Below are positions 9,795-20,200 of a stretch of DNA of 61,824 nt, piece by piece. Numbering within the stretch: position 1 is the stretch's first letter; each line of letters starts with the position of its first letter. A program made the translations under genes and the position numbers. Under the pieces are notes generated by a model. That model was not told where the DNA came from and did not search any database. It worked only from the letters and a program-made list of their open reading frames with translations. The stretch lies in assembly GCA_041650805.1 (NCBI GenBank), contig JBAZKM010000012.1, forward strand, positions 1 to 61,824. The letters are read 5' to 3'. This DNA comes from Candidatus Omnitrophota bacterium (GTDB lineage Bacteria > Omnitrophota > Gorgyraeia > 2-01-FULL-45-10).

Positions 9795-12700
9795 TTAATT
9801 TGGGCTCAGGTCGTTTATCTTTGCCCAATTGCCGTTGCCGTATCTGACCCATGTGCCGTGCTGCGTGCCGAAGTCGATGACCAGGTCGTCTTTGCCGTCT
9901 CCGTCAAGGTCCCCGGCGGCCATCAAGTCGGGGCTTACGCCGCTCACCAGGTCCCACGTGCCGTCGTAGTGCCTGGCCCATATGCCGTAAGAGGCGCCGA
10001 AGTCGATCACCATATCATCCTTGCCGTTACCGTCAATGTCTCCCGTGGCAATAGATTCCGGGCTTGCATCGCTCACCAGGTCCCATGTCCCGTCGTAGTG
10101 CCTGGCCCATATGCCGTAAGAGGCGCCGAAGTCGATCACCACGTCGTCTATATAGTCACCGTCCATATCTGCCGCGACAATACATTCGGGGTTTACGTTG
10201 CTTATCATCTCCCATGTACCATCACCGTGTCTTATCCATATGCCGTAGGCATCGCCGAAGTCGATAGCTACATCGTCAAGGTCATCGGTATCGAACCCGC
10301 CTGTGATGATAATTTCGGAATTTACACCGGTGAGCTGTTCCCAGGAAGCATTGTTCCTGTATATCCATATACCGTACGGGGAGCCGAAGTCGATGATCAG
10401 GTCATCTATGCCGTTCCCGTCTGTGTCTGCCCCGGCCATCGTATTCGGACTTAACCCGGCGAGCTGTGTCCATGTACCGTCATTGTACCTTATCCATAAG
10501 CCGTATTGCGACCCGAAGTTTATTACTATGTCGTCCAGAGGATCGAGGACGGCGGTGATCATCCGCGGCCCGGCAGCGGAGGTGCCGGGATCCAGTAACA
10601 TCGCGAAGAGCGTGCTCTGTCCGGCCTGGACGCCTATGTCGAATTCATTGGTGTTGACAAAGCTGTGTATATCGGCATACCTTCGCATAAGCGGGTGGTC
10701 ACCGAATTGCGGGTAGAACATATACTCTCCGAAGTCATAATATGCGTTGCCGGGCAGATACCCCACCGGACCATATACGGGTATCCCCGGAAGAAGCCCC
10801 TGCCCGTCCATGAGCAATGCCAGGCTGTCAGAGTGTAAAGGCTCCCGCGGGTGACGCGTACCGAGTCCCGTGATCCAGGCCGTTCCGTACGGGTTTGCGC
10901 CAAGTACGTAGTCAGCCGATAAACTGATGGCATTGATATATCTCTGCCTCTCTTCGGCGCTGAGCGCCCGGCGTGGCTCGGCCATCAGCCGGGAATATAT
11001 TGAGCTCAGGTGAGCGCCGGCGCTTGTGCCGGCCCCCCAGTCAGGGTTTGCGGATGTGTAGCGGCCGTTCCTGTGGGCATGGTTGCTGTCTACCCTGAAC
11101 AATTCGGCAGCGGCGTGGCTATCGACCTGGTCAAGCACGTGCCCGGCGATGACGGAGTCAGCCCCGGGGGCCATAACGTAGCTCAGCATTTGATCAGCGG
11201 TAAATTGCTGGCCGGCCTCAGAGTAGGAACCGGGCCACGGGAAAAATTCGACCACCTCCACCCACCCTGTATGCCAGGTATCCCACGCGTCCCACACGGC
11301 CCTCACCATATCCCTATATCTTGTCTCACCGGTCAGGGCGAAGAGCTCCCCCGCCGCGAATATCAGAGGGTTCCCGCAACGGGGCTCCAGCGGCGCGCCA
11401 TAGAGCGAATTGGTCGTCTCGTCGTCCATGAGCGCGAAATCATAAGCGGCAATGGCGCGGGCCCTCAATTCAGCCGATCTCCCGGCATCGAAAGGAGCGA
11501 CGATCCGGGCCGCCAGGGCGAACATCCCCGCAACGCGCGCGGAATGTTTCCTGTCCTTGGAGTATGTCCAGTACGGGTCATTATTCTCGTCCGCATACTC
11601 GATCGGAGGATGTCTGTACGATTCCACACCCAAGCGTATGCCGCCGTCATTGCGTCGTTTTGCCTCCGGCTCAGGGTTGAAACCGTTATATTCGAAATCC
11701 TGCAACTCTTCCCATGCCTTCAGGCTGTAGAGCGCTTCATCCAGTATGTCAGGGATCCCGTTACCGCTCTCCGGTATATTCAATTGACTATCGGTAAATC
11801 TTTCCGGGGACAATTCATAGGTCCGTAAGAGGGGGAGAGGTATAAGCCAGTGGAATAATCTTATATCGAAATCTCCGGCATCATGGTGGCCGCCCCTCAG
11901 GGTCCTCGTTACGGTTGCAGGAGTGTCTTCGGCGAACATGCTCAACGGATCGCTCTGCTCGGCATCATAAACGACCGGATGGTCCTGCGGCCTGGGGCCG
12001 AAACCGGTGAACGGTTCTTTCATCTCCCTTCCCCAGCGGTTGTATGTCATGCCTCTTATGGTTGTGAGGAACGCCTTAAAGACAGCGGCTTCGCTCACTT
12101 TTGTGGGCCATGAGACGCCTACGCCCGGTATCCTTATACGGTAGACCGCGTCCTCATTATGCGGCAGTGAACTCAGGTCTATCTCTTTTACCTGTCCGCC
12201 CGAGTCCGTGTCCGATTCCTGCCTCAGGGCCAGCGCGGGATTGAGCCCCGGCAACGCCGCCCTGTTTGAGATGGGATCGGCCGGTTCAGTCAGTATCTCA
12301 ACGGTCGAAGGGAAGGAGTCCAGAGAGAGGGCTCCGCCGTCACCCAGCCACCACGAGACATAAGCGTACCTTTCCGTAGCGCGCGGAGAATAACCTACCT
12401 GGTTGATCTGTATTACCGGTGTCTCGAGATACCGGTCGCTGAACGGCAGATAAAAGCCCAGGTCCTTCGGGCCTGTAATGCGCAGGAGATCGCGGCTTCC
12501 CACTTCCTGGTCCAGGACGAGGTATATGATATGGTCCACATCAAGGTAACACTCATCGCGCCAGTTATCCAGATAAAGCTGGGCGACCGGTATGGAGTTC
12601 CTGTATATGGCGCTTACCCCTATCGATGTTCCGTTGGCTCGCGTCACCGTCCAGGGCCCGGCCTGCCACTCAGGGCCTTCATAACCTATGATCTCATCGA

Positions 12701-14264
12701 CTCCCTGGTCATACCAGTCATTATCCGGCGAGAATGAATGGACGTGTTTATTTTCCAGGGTGAGCATGATTATATTCGGCGCGGCGAGATGTACCTCCCT
12801 GAGCGGAGTGTCCAGTGAGGCGCGCGGGCCGCCGTCTGTGCGCACATGAAGGTTCTTTACGGCAACCACGCCGCTGTCCGATCTCTGTTCTATCCGTATG
12901 AATACGTCTGTGGCGGCCGATACGCCTGTTATGGTATAGGTGTCCGTTTCGGGGCTCAGCGAAGCCACTTCTATACTGCCCGGGAGGGGGCCGTCTTCGG
13001 TATCGCCCGGCTCCGGTCCTATGTATATGCTTGTGCCGGTTATCTCGGCGCCCAGGCCCCACGAAATAGCGATCTTGCTTGAGGAGCTGTTCACGCTGGC
13101 CGGCAATACGAATGTGGCCCCGTACGGCAGACCCTCTGCCTTCAGGGCCACCGTTTTCCTGGTAGCGTTTATATCGTCCGATGAAATGACGAGAATGCTA
13201 TCCGCCGTCCCTTCAGTTACCGGCGTGAAAGTTATAGGGATCTTACGGCTTTCGTTCGGCGGTATCGTCACGCTAGCGGGAGCGCTGAATACGCTGTATG
13301 CCGCGGAGAGGTCCAGGTGGAGGTCCTGGTTTCCGCCGTTAAAGGCCTCGATATTCCAGTGGATACTTTGTCCTATCGGGATCTTGCCGAAGCAGACTGA
13401 GTCGTCTGAAAGTTCGAAAATGGACCCCATGCTCTTTCCGTATAGAGGTATGTGCTTCTGGTAATCGCCGAATACGTTGGTGCCTTGAAGTACAAGCGCC
13501 GCCTCTTTTTCGCCCACAGTCGCGGGTAAGAATTTGACGCATATATCTGTGCTTCCTCCCGGGGCCACCGTGAAAGGCACCGATTGTGTCGTGGAGAAGG
13601 CGCCGCTGCCGGTGCCTTCAAATCCTACGGTATTGATGACCATCTCCGATTCTCTATAATTTCTGAGCGTATATGTATTTTCCAGGGCGTTATTTATCTG
13701 TACGGCGCCGAAATCGACGCCTTTTTGGACCGCCCATATCTTGTCTATAAATATTGTTATGCCGTCATTCGGTGATATAAAATGAAGTTGTTCGATATCG
13801 TCAAGGCGGTATTCCGATTTCTTCATAAGGTCTATGGGGATCCGTACGAGACGGTATGCGGTATCGAGCGGACCGCCCTCGATATACGGGTCTATGCTTA
13901 CCACATTGCTCATATTGGGCCAACCGTATACAGAAAGGCCGAATGTCTTACCCTCCTGGTCGCACTTTGCGTAAAAACATACTTCATCATACGCGGATAT
14001 GTTCGCTCCATTAGACGGAAGGCCGCTCAGTATCAGGGCGGGTACCTGGCCCCACTTCGCGTTGGGGCTTCCCACCAGGCAATTTTCTCCCTCATATGGA
14101 TCCATGGGGAGGATGTCTCCCCAATCGACCCTGGCGTCCGCCTCCCCGTCCCATATGACGTATGTCCACTCTTTGGTGCCCGCGACGTCGGCAGAAGCTG
14201 TTTGGCAATAGAAGATCAAGGCCAGAAGCAGTATTGCGTTTTTTTTGTATATCCTGTTATTCAT
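9795..14264 (-). CDS. Secreted multidomain GH9 glycoside hydrolase: CBM-like, two choice-of-anchor-D-like Ig domains, CelD_N-like Ig, GH9 catalytic, repeat tail
   Basis: INQVGY; GGHHDAGDFD; PDILDEALY; LGANPYGTAWITGLG; PREPLH; TNEF. Start at ATG 14264 (GGAGG 6 nt upstream); signal peptide ending TASA|DVAG. Confidence 0.9.
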   Translation of the reverse strand: MNNRIYKKNAILLLALIFYCQTASADVAGTKEWTYVIWDGEADARVDWGDILPMDPYEGENCLVGSPNAKWGQVPALILSGLPSNGANISAYDEVCFYAKCDQEGKTFGLSVYGWPNMSNVVSIDPYIEGGPLDTAYRLVRIPIDLMKKSEYRLDDIEQLHFISPNDGITIFIDKIWAVQKGVDFGAVQINNALENTYTLRNYRESEMVINTVGFEGTGSGAFSTTQSVPFTVAPGGSTDICVKFLPATVGEKEAALVLQGTNVFGDYQKHIPLYGKSMGSIFELSDDSVCFGKIPIGQSIHWNIEAFNGGNQDLHLDLSAAYSVFSAPASVTIPPNESRKIPITFTPVTEGTADSILVISSDDINATRKTVALKAEGLPYGATFVLPASVNSSSSKIAISWGLGAEITGTSIYIGPEPGDTEDGPLPGSIEVASLSPETDTYTITGVSAATDVFIRIEQRSDSGVVAVKNLHVRTDGGPRASLDTPLREVHLAAPNIIMLTLENKHVHSFSPDNDWYDQGVDEIIGYEGPEWQAGPWTVTRANGTSIGVSAIYRNSIPVAQLYLDNWRDECYLDVDHIIYLVLDQEVGSRDLLRITGPKDLGFYLPFSDRYLETPVIQINQVGYSPRATERYAYVSWWLGDGGALSLDSFPSTVEILTEPADPISNRAALPGLNPALALRQESDTDSGGQVKEIDLSSLPHNEDAVYRIRIPGVGVSWPTKVSEAAVFKAFLTTIRGMTYNRWGREMKEPFTGFGPRPQDHPVVYDAEQSDPLSMFAEDTPATVTRTLRGGHHDAGDFDIRLFHWLIPLPLLRTYELSPERFTDSQLNIPESGNGIPDILDEALYSLKAWEELQDFEYNGFNPEPEAKRRNDGGIRLGVESYRHPPIEYADENNDPYWTYSKDRKHSARVAGMFALAARIVAPFDAGRSAELRARAIAAYDFALMDDETTNSLYGAPLEPRCGNPLIFAAGELFALTGETRYRDMVRAVWDAWDTWHTGWVEVVEFFPWPGSYSEAGQQFTADQMLSYVMAPGADSVIAGHVLDQVDSHAAAELFRVDSNHAHRNGRYTSANPDWGAGTSAGAHLSSIYSRLMAEPRRALSAEERQRYINAISLSADYVLGANPYGTAWITGLGTRHPREPLHSDSLALLMDGQGLLPGIPVYGPVGYLPGNAYYDFGEYMFYPQFGDHPLMRRYADIHSFVNTNEFDIGVQAGQSTLFAMLLDPGTSAAGPRMITAVLDPLDDIVINFGSQYGLWIRYNDGTWTQLAGLSPNTMAGADTDGNGIDDLIIDFGSPYGIWIYRNNASWEQLTGVNSEIIITGGFDTDDLDDVAIDFGDAYGIWIRHGDGTWEMISNVNPECIVAADMDGDYIDDVVIDFGASYGIWARHYDGTWDLVSDASPESIATGDIDGNGKDDMVIDFGASYGIWARHYDGTWDLVSGVSPDLMAAGDLDGDGKDDLVIDFGTQHGTWVRYGNGNWAKINDLSPN
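9798..10535 (-). repeat. Six 43-aa DFG repeats (C-terminal tail)
   Basis: VINFGSQYGLW, LIIDFGSPYGIW, VAIDFGDAYGIW, VVIDFGASYGIW, MVIDFGASYGIW, LVIDFGTQHGTW units. Confidence 0.9.
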
Positions 14265-14298
14265 TTGGCGCCTCCGTAATGTCATGTTCCATTTTCCG

Positions 14299-17200
14299 TT
14301 ACGTGCTCAGGTCGTGTATCTTCTCCCACGTGCCGTCCTGATGCTTCGCCCATATACCGTACTCCGATCCGAAGTCGATGACTATATCTCCGAGGTTATC
14401 GCCGTCCAGGTCTCCCGTCACGATAGACCCCGGGTCCACATCGCTCACACTGGTCCATAGGCCGTTATCACCGAGTATCCATATGCCGTAATCAGGCCCG
14501 AAATCGATCACTATATCGTCCTTGCCGTTACCGTCAATGTCGCCTAAGGCCATAGATTCGGGGGTGGCGGAGCTGAGTAATGCCCAGGTGCCAGTGCCGT
14601 ACCTGGCCCATATACCGTACTCGGTGCCGAAGTCGATAACTATATCTACGAGGTTATCGCCGTCGAGGTCTCCCGTCACGATAGACCCGGGGTCTACATC
14701 GCTCACCCTGGTCCATACCCCGCTGTCGCCGAGTATCCATATGCCGTAATCAGGCCCGAAATCGATCACTATATCGTCCTTGCCGTTACCGTCAATGTCG
14801 CCTGAGGCCATAGATTCGGGGGTGGCGGAGCTGAGTAATGCCCAGGTGCCAGTGCCGTACCTGGCCCATATACCGTACTCGGTGCCGAAATCTATCACTA
14901 TATCGCCGAGGTTATCGCCATCCAGGTCTCCCGTCACGATAGACCCGGGGTCTACATCGCTCACCCTGGTCCATAGGCCGCTATCGCCGAGTATCCATAT
15001 GCCGTAATCAGGCCCGAAGTCGATCACTATATCGTCCTTGCCGTTACCGTCAATGTCGCCTGAGGCCATAGATTCGGGGGTGGCGGAGCTGAGTAATGCC
15101 CAGGTGCCAGTGCCGTACCTGGCCCATATACCGTAATCGGTGCCGAAATCTATCACTATATCGCCGAGGTTGTCGCCGTCGAGGTTCGCGATTAGGATGG
15201 AGGGGAAGGCACTTTTAATATATGCGTATTCATAGGCGCCTATGTCCCAGATGGCTTCACCGTCTCCGTCCCCGTCTGCAGGTCTTACAGTCCCTTCGAT
15301 GTCAAGCGACTCTATCATCGGGGATAGGTCGATACCGTTGTCGATGGCAGGGGAACCGGCAAGCGGCCTGAATTCCCCATCGAGAAGAGGGTCCCCGTTG
15401 ATGCCGTTAACATCCGCCCCTCGGGATTGCCACTCCGCGAACGAAGGACAATAGTTACCGGCATCCTTAACCGGCATATCAAGGGTCGAACTATATATAT
15501 TGTTGTCTATACTGGAATAATCGAGCACGCCGTCCCCGAACCACGCCGCCGCATATCCGGCGGTGTTGATGAAGATATTGTTCTTTACCACTACATCCGG
15601 CGTATCGGGATGGAAGAGATGCTGTGATTTGCTCTTGACCACGTTATTGAATGCTATAAGCTTAAGGTCGTTCTCGCCTTCGGGTATGCTGTCACCGCTT
15701 CCGCGATATATGCCCATTACGGTGGAAGTCGAATTCGGAAGGTATATTATATTGTTGTGGATGTTATAGGTGCCGTGGCAAGAGGTGCAGTATAATCCCT
15801 GGGAGTTATACTCCTTAGGGGTGTCCTGGTGCAGGCGGTTATATCGCACCGTGGTGTTTGTCTCGTTCGTCATCTGTATACAGTCGCAGTGTTCCAGCGG
15901 GTCAAGGTTATTGATGTCGATAAGGTTATATTCGTATATATTGCCGGTGTTAGAGTTCGTCTGGATGCCGTCGGTCTGGTCAGGGATATGGTCGCGGGGC
16001 GTGGTTATCGTATTGCGGCTGACGGTGACATTCCCGCTGTTCGCCACGACTATGCCCATGCCTCCGCGTCCTTTCGTCTCGATGGTCATATTGATTATCA
16101 TTGAGTTGAAAGAATGGTCGATTCTTATGCCGTACCTGCAGTCACTATTCTCTATCCCTATGTCCCTTATGATGATGTAGTCGTTATTCGTTAACTCATC
16201 CCCGCTGCCCGGTTCCCGCCACGACTGTATTACCGAGTAGTCGCAGAGATCTATCGAACTATATGCGATCTGCGGATCTGACGGTGCATATAAGTATATG
16301 GTGTCGTTATGCCAATCCCAGTACCAGTCATACTCCTGTATAAGGGCGGCTATCGAGAACTTCCTGGCGCCTCTGGTGCCGTCTATGATCAATTTATAAG
16401 GATCTTTAATGCCCTGATTAGCCGTATACCAGATAGTCGCGTTATAGTTCGTCCAGCCGCCTGCAAGAACGGCCGCCTTACTTTGGAAGAGCGGTTTTTC
16501 GCCGCTGCCGTAAGCGCCGAAGGTGACATACGCGGTTTCGTCGCCCCCGCTGGTTATGTCTAACGATTCCCGCCACACCTCTCCCCGTTTGAACAATATG
16601 CTGTCCCCCGGCACGAAGGAAGCAGAATTAACTTTAGCGATCGTCTTCCATGGCGTCTCTTCCGAGAGGCCGTCGTTGGCATCGTCGCCGGAAGTCGCGT
16701 CGACATAATAAGTCCTGGCCGGTGCCGTGATTACGTCGATCGATACTGTAACAGGGGCGGAGTCGGCCAGGCCGTCATTTGTCTTGAAGGTGAACGAGTC
16801 GTCCCCCGTATAACCGGTATCAGGCGTATATGTTACATTCATCCCGGTCCCGGACAATGTCCCGTGGAGGGGACCGCTTATGATCGTGTAGGTTAAGTTA
16901 TCTCCGTCAGCATCGGTCGCGCCTAAAGTTATTGCCGTAGGCGTATTCTTAAAAACCGAAATGGTCTGGGGGTAGGCAACAGGAGAGCGGTTGACAGGTA
17001 TCACCTTTATCGCTACGGTGGCATTATTCGAATTCGCCGTCCCGTCGTTGACGCGGAAGGTGAACGAGTCGTCGCCCGCGTATCCGGCATCCGATGTATA
17101 TGACATATCGGGCGCGGTCCCGGCGAGGGCGCCGTGCGACGGCTGTGACAACACCGCGTACGTGACAGGATTACCGTCCGGGTCGAATCCGACGAGCCTG

Positions 17201-20200
17201 ATCGCTGTAGCGCATCCGGACTCTGCCGTAAGGGTCTGGTTGTTCGCTATGGGCGCTGTCTGTACGGCCGTTACTGTGATAGAGACGGTCGCTAAATTGG
17301 AGTCGGCTTCGAGGTCGTTCACCTTGAATGTGAACGAATCCGGACCGTTGTAATTGGTGAACGGCGTATAGGTCACGTTAGGCGCGGTCCCGGTGATCCA
17401 TCCGCGAAGCGGTTTTGTTACTATGATATAGTCGAACCTATCGCCGTCAGCGTCGGTAGCGTTGAGCGTGATCGATTTTGCCGTATTCTCCGCGGTAGTG
17501 ACCGACTGGGCGTTCGCCCCCGGCGCCGTATTTACGGCCGACGGGGCGACCTTTATCGTCACCGTTGCGTTATTGCTGGTAACGGACCCGTTGGATACTT
17601 TGAACTGGAAAGAGTCGCGTCCGGTATATCCGGCAGCGGGGATATATTTAAGAACGATAGGGGGAGTCGACGATATCCACTCGATAGTGCCGTTCGTCGC
17701 ATAGGGATATATTGAACAATAGAGGGCCGATTCGCCGTCGTTATCGGTTATGTTGAGCGGGATCGTGGCCGAACCGTTCCTGATCACCCGCACAAACTGG
17801 CTATAGACCACAGGTGCATCGTTGACCGAGGTCACATTGATAGTCACCATGGCTATATTAGATTCGAGCTTGCCGTCCGTCGCCTTAAACGTGAAGTTGT
17901 CGGCCCCCGTATAGTTGGAGGCCGGTGTATATGTGATCTTCGATGATGGCAGGCCGGTCACCGTGCCGTGTACGGGGGTCGAAGCCAGCATGAACGATAA
18001 CGTTTCGTTATCGGCATCCGCGGCGCCGAGCGTGATCGCCTTTGCCGTATCTTCGGTTACGGATACGGTCTGGTTCGTTGCCGCCGGGGCGTGGTTGGCC
18101 GTCACATTGATATATCCTGTCCTGGTATCGGTGGCCTGGCCGTAGCTATTGGATGCGGTCAGCGCGACTGTATAGTTGCCGACCGCCGTGTACGTGTGAG
18201 ACGGGTCGCGTATCGTCTCATTAATGCCGTCCCCGAATGTCCAGGACCACGCCGTCGGTGTATTGGCGGACCGGTCGGTGAATTGCACTGTGAGAGGCGC
18301 GGTGCCCCTGGTCACATTGGCGGCGAAGTCGGCGACCGGCGGTGCATCGCATCCTTCTACCGTGATAGTTTTTGTCAGGGAACCGGTATCCCCAAATTCA
18401 TCCATGACGGTCAACGTCGCGTTGTAACTGCCGGAAATGGTCGGGTAGTTGTGATACGAGACCATGCCCTCACCGGCCGTATCGTCCCCGTAGACCCAGT
18501 TATACTTAATCATCTTCCGTTCTGTCGTCGCCTCCGTGGCCGATGCGTCAAATGATACGGTGAGCGGCTGTTCCCCGGATCCCGGCACCGCCGAAAATGC
18601 CGCCTGCGGCAGCCGGTCCGCGAAAAGCTGCGCTATCTCTTCAAGCGAAAGCACTCTGCTCCACGCCTTGATATCGTCGATAGATCCTATGTACGGCGCC
18701 GTGTCCGTGTAGACATTCTTTCCGAGCGTCCATTTGACGGTACCTCCGATGCCGGTCGATATGGCAGCGCTGCCGCGTTCTATCCCGTCTACATAGAGCC
18801 GAACCGCCTTGCCGTCATAGGTAAAGGCGATGTGATGCCAGGTGTCATCGGCGACCGTCGTTAATGTCTGGGCAATGAATGTAGGAGTCCCTGAATATGC
18901 GGAGCGATATAAGAGGAGTAATTTGTTTTCGTTGAACGCTAAGCCGTTTCCGATGACGAGCGCGCACCCCACGGTACTGCTCGATCCGCCGGTTATGTTG
19001 TCGGTCGAAAATATGGTGCTGGGCGCGTCGGACGGAGGCGCCTTTATCCAGGCGGCAAACGTAAAGGAGCTGCTCCTCATATCGTTGATCATTGCGCCAA
19101 GGTCTATGGTCTGGCTGCCGTCGAATGTATAGGTCCCCCCAGCGTTCTCCCGCCGGTCGGTATCACGGACAAGCGTTCCGGAAGCGGTCCCATGGTTTGT
19201 ATATAAAGAATCGTCCTGTGTGCCGTCAGACGGATCATCATCGCATTTCATATTCAATATCTGATCAGGATTGGCGACCTCCTTATAGATCTTCATTACC
19301 TCATCGTCTGCGAGCGCGATATTGAACATCTTGAAGTTGTCCACGGTGATGTTGGTGCCCCACCCGTTCGTGAAGCCGACGACATACCATATGTCTGCGG
19401 GATCAAATTGATAATCGACCGTATGGGACCCCTTGAGCCGGCCGTCAACGAAGAGCCGGCCGACTACGCCGTCCGAAACATAAGCCACATGGTGCCATGT
19501 ATTATCACATATTACCGTATTGGTGTAAGCCTCATATCGTTGGTCTCCGCCGTCGTAGGCGACGAGACGGCTCGAGTTCGGGGTGGTCCGGTCGCTGTCA
19601 TAGAGCGCGAACTTCGTGGCGCCATCCGCACCGAGGACCCTTATGATGGCCCCGGACGAGTCGCCGCTTAATGCCGGCTTCCTCATCCAGCACGACACCG
19701 TAAATACCTGTCCTATATCATCGCGTATGGCGTCAAGCTTTATTCCCTGCGAACCGGCGAAGTTGTATGCCTTACCGTCCACTCCGGTGTAGTCGATGAC
19801 AGGATTATTCGACTGCATGCCGTGGTTGAGATACGGCGAACTGTCGGTGACGCCGTTCGTCATGGGTATACTATCCTTGTAATCATCCTCAAATCGCAGA
19901 TCAAGGATGAGCGATCCGGCCGTATCTATGTCGCAGGCCGCCGTGTCGGTATTGCCGCCGGAGTCCGTGACAGATAGGGTTACGTGATAAGTGCCCTTAT
20001 TCGTAAAGGTATGGACATTCCTTGGGCCGGCCCCCGTAGTCCCATCGCCGAAATCCCAGGCATATGATATTATGTTCCCGGACCCCGGGGTCGATCCCGA
20101 CCCGTCAAAGAGTATCGTAAGCGGCGCCTCACCGCCGGGAGCGCTCGTCTCTATCACGGCAAAGGGGAGGACGGCCGACTTTACCGTTATCGAAACGGTC

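Noticed and set aside
9784-9852. ORF-track N-terminal extension MGQIRQRQ... of the large GH9
   Set aside because: Overlaps the 3' end of the upstream gene in another frame; the signal peptide and RBS fit a start at 9783 or 9789.
1-15197. 129-bp periodic repeats as a possible CRISPR array
   Set aside because: Units are contiguous, in frame and protein-coding, with no unique spacers and no cas genes.
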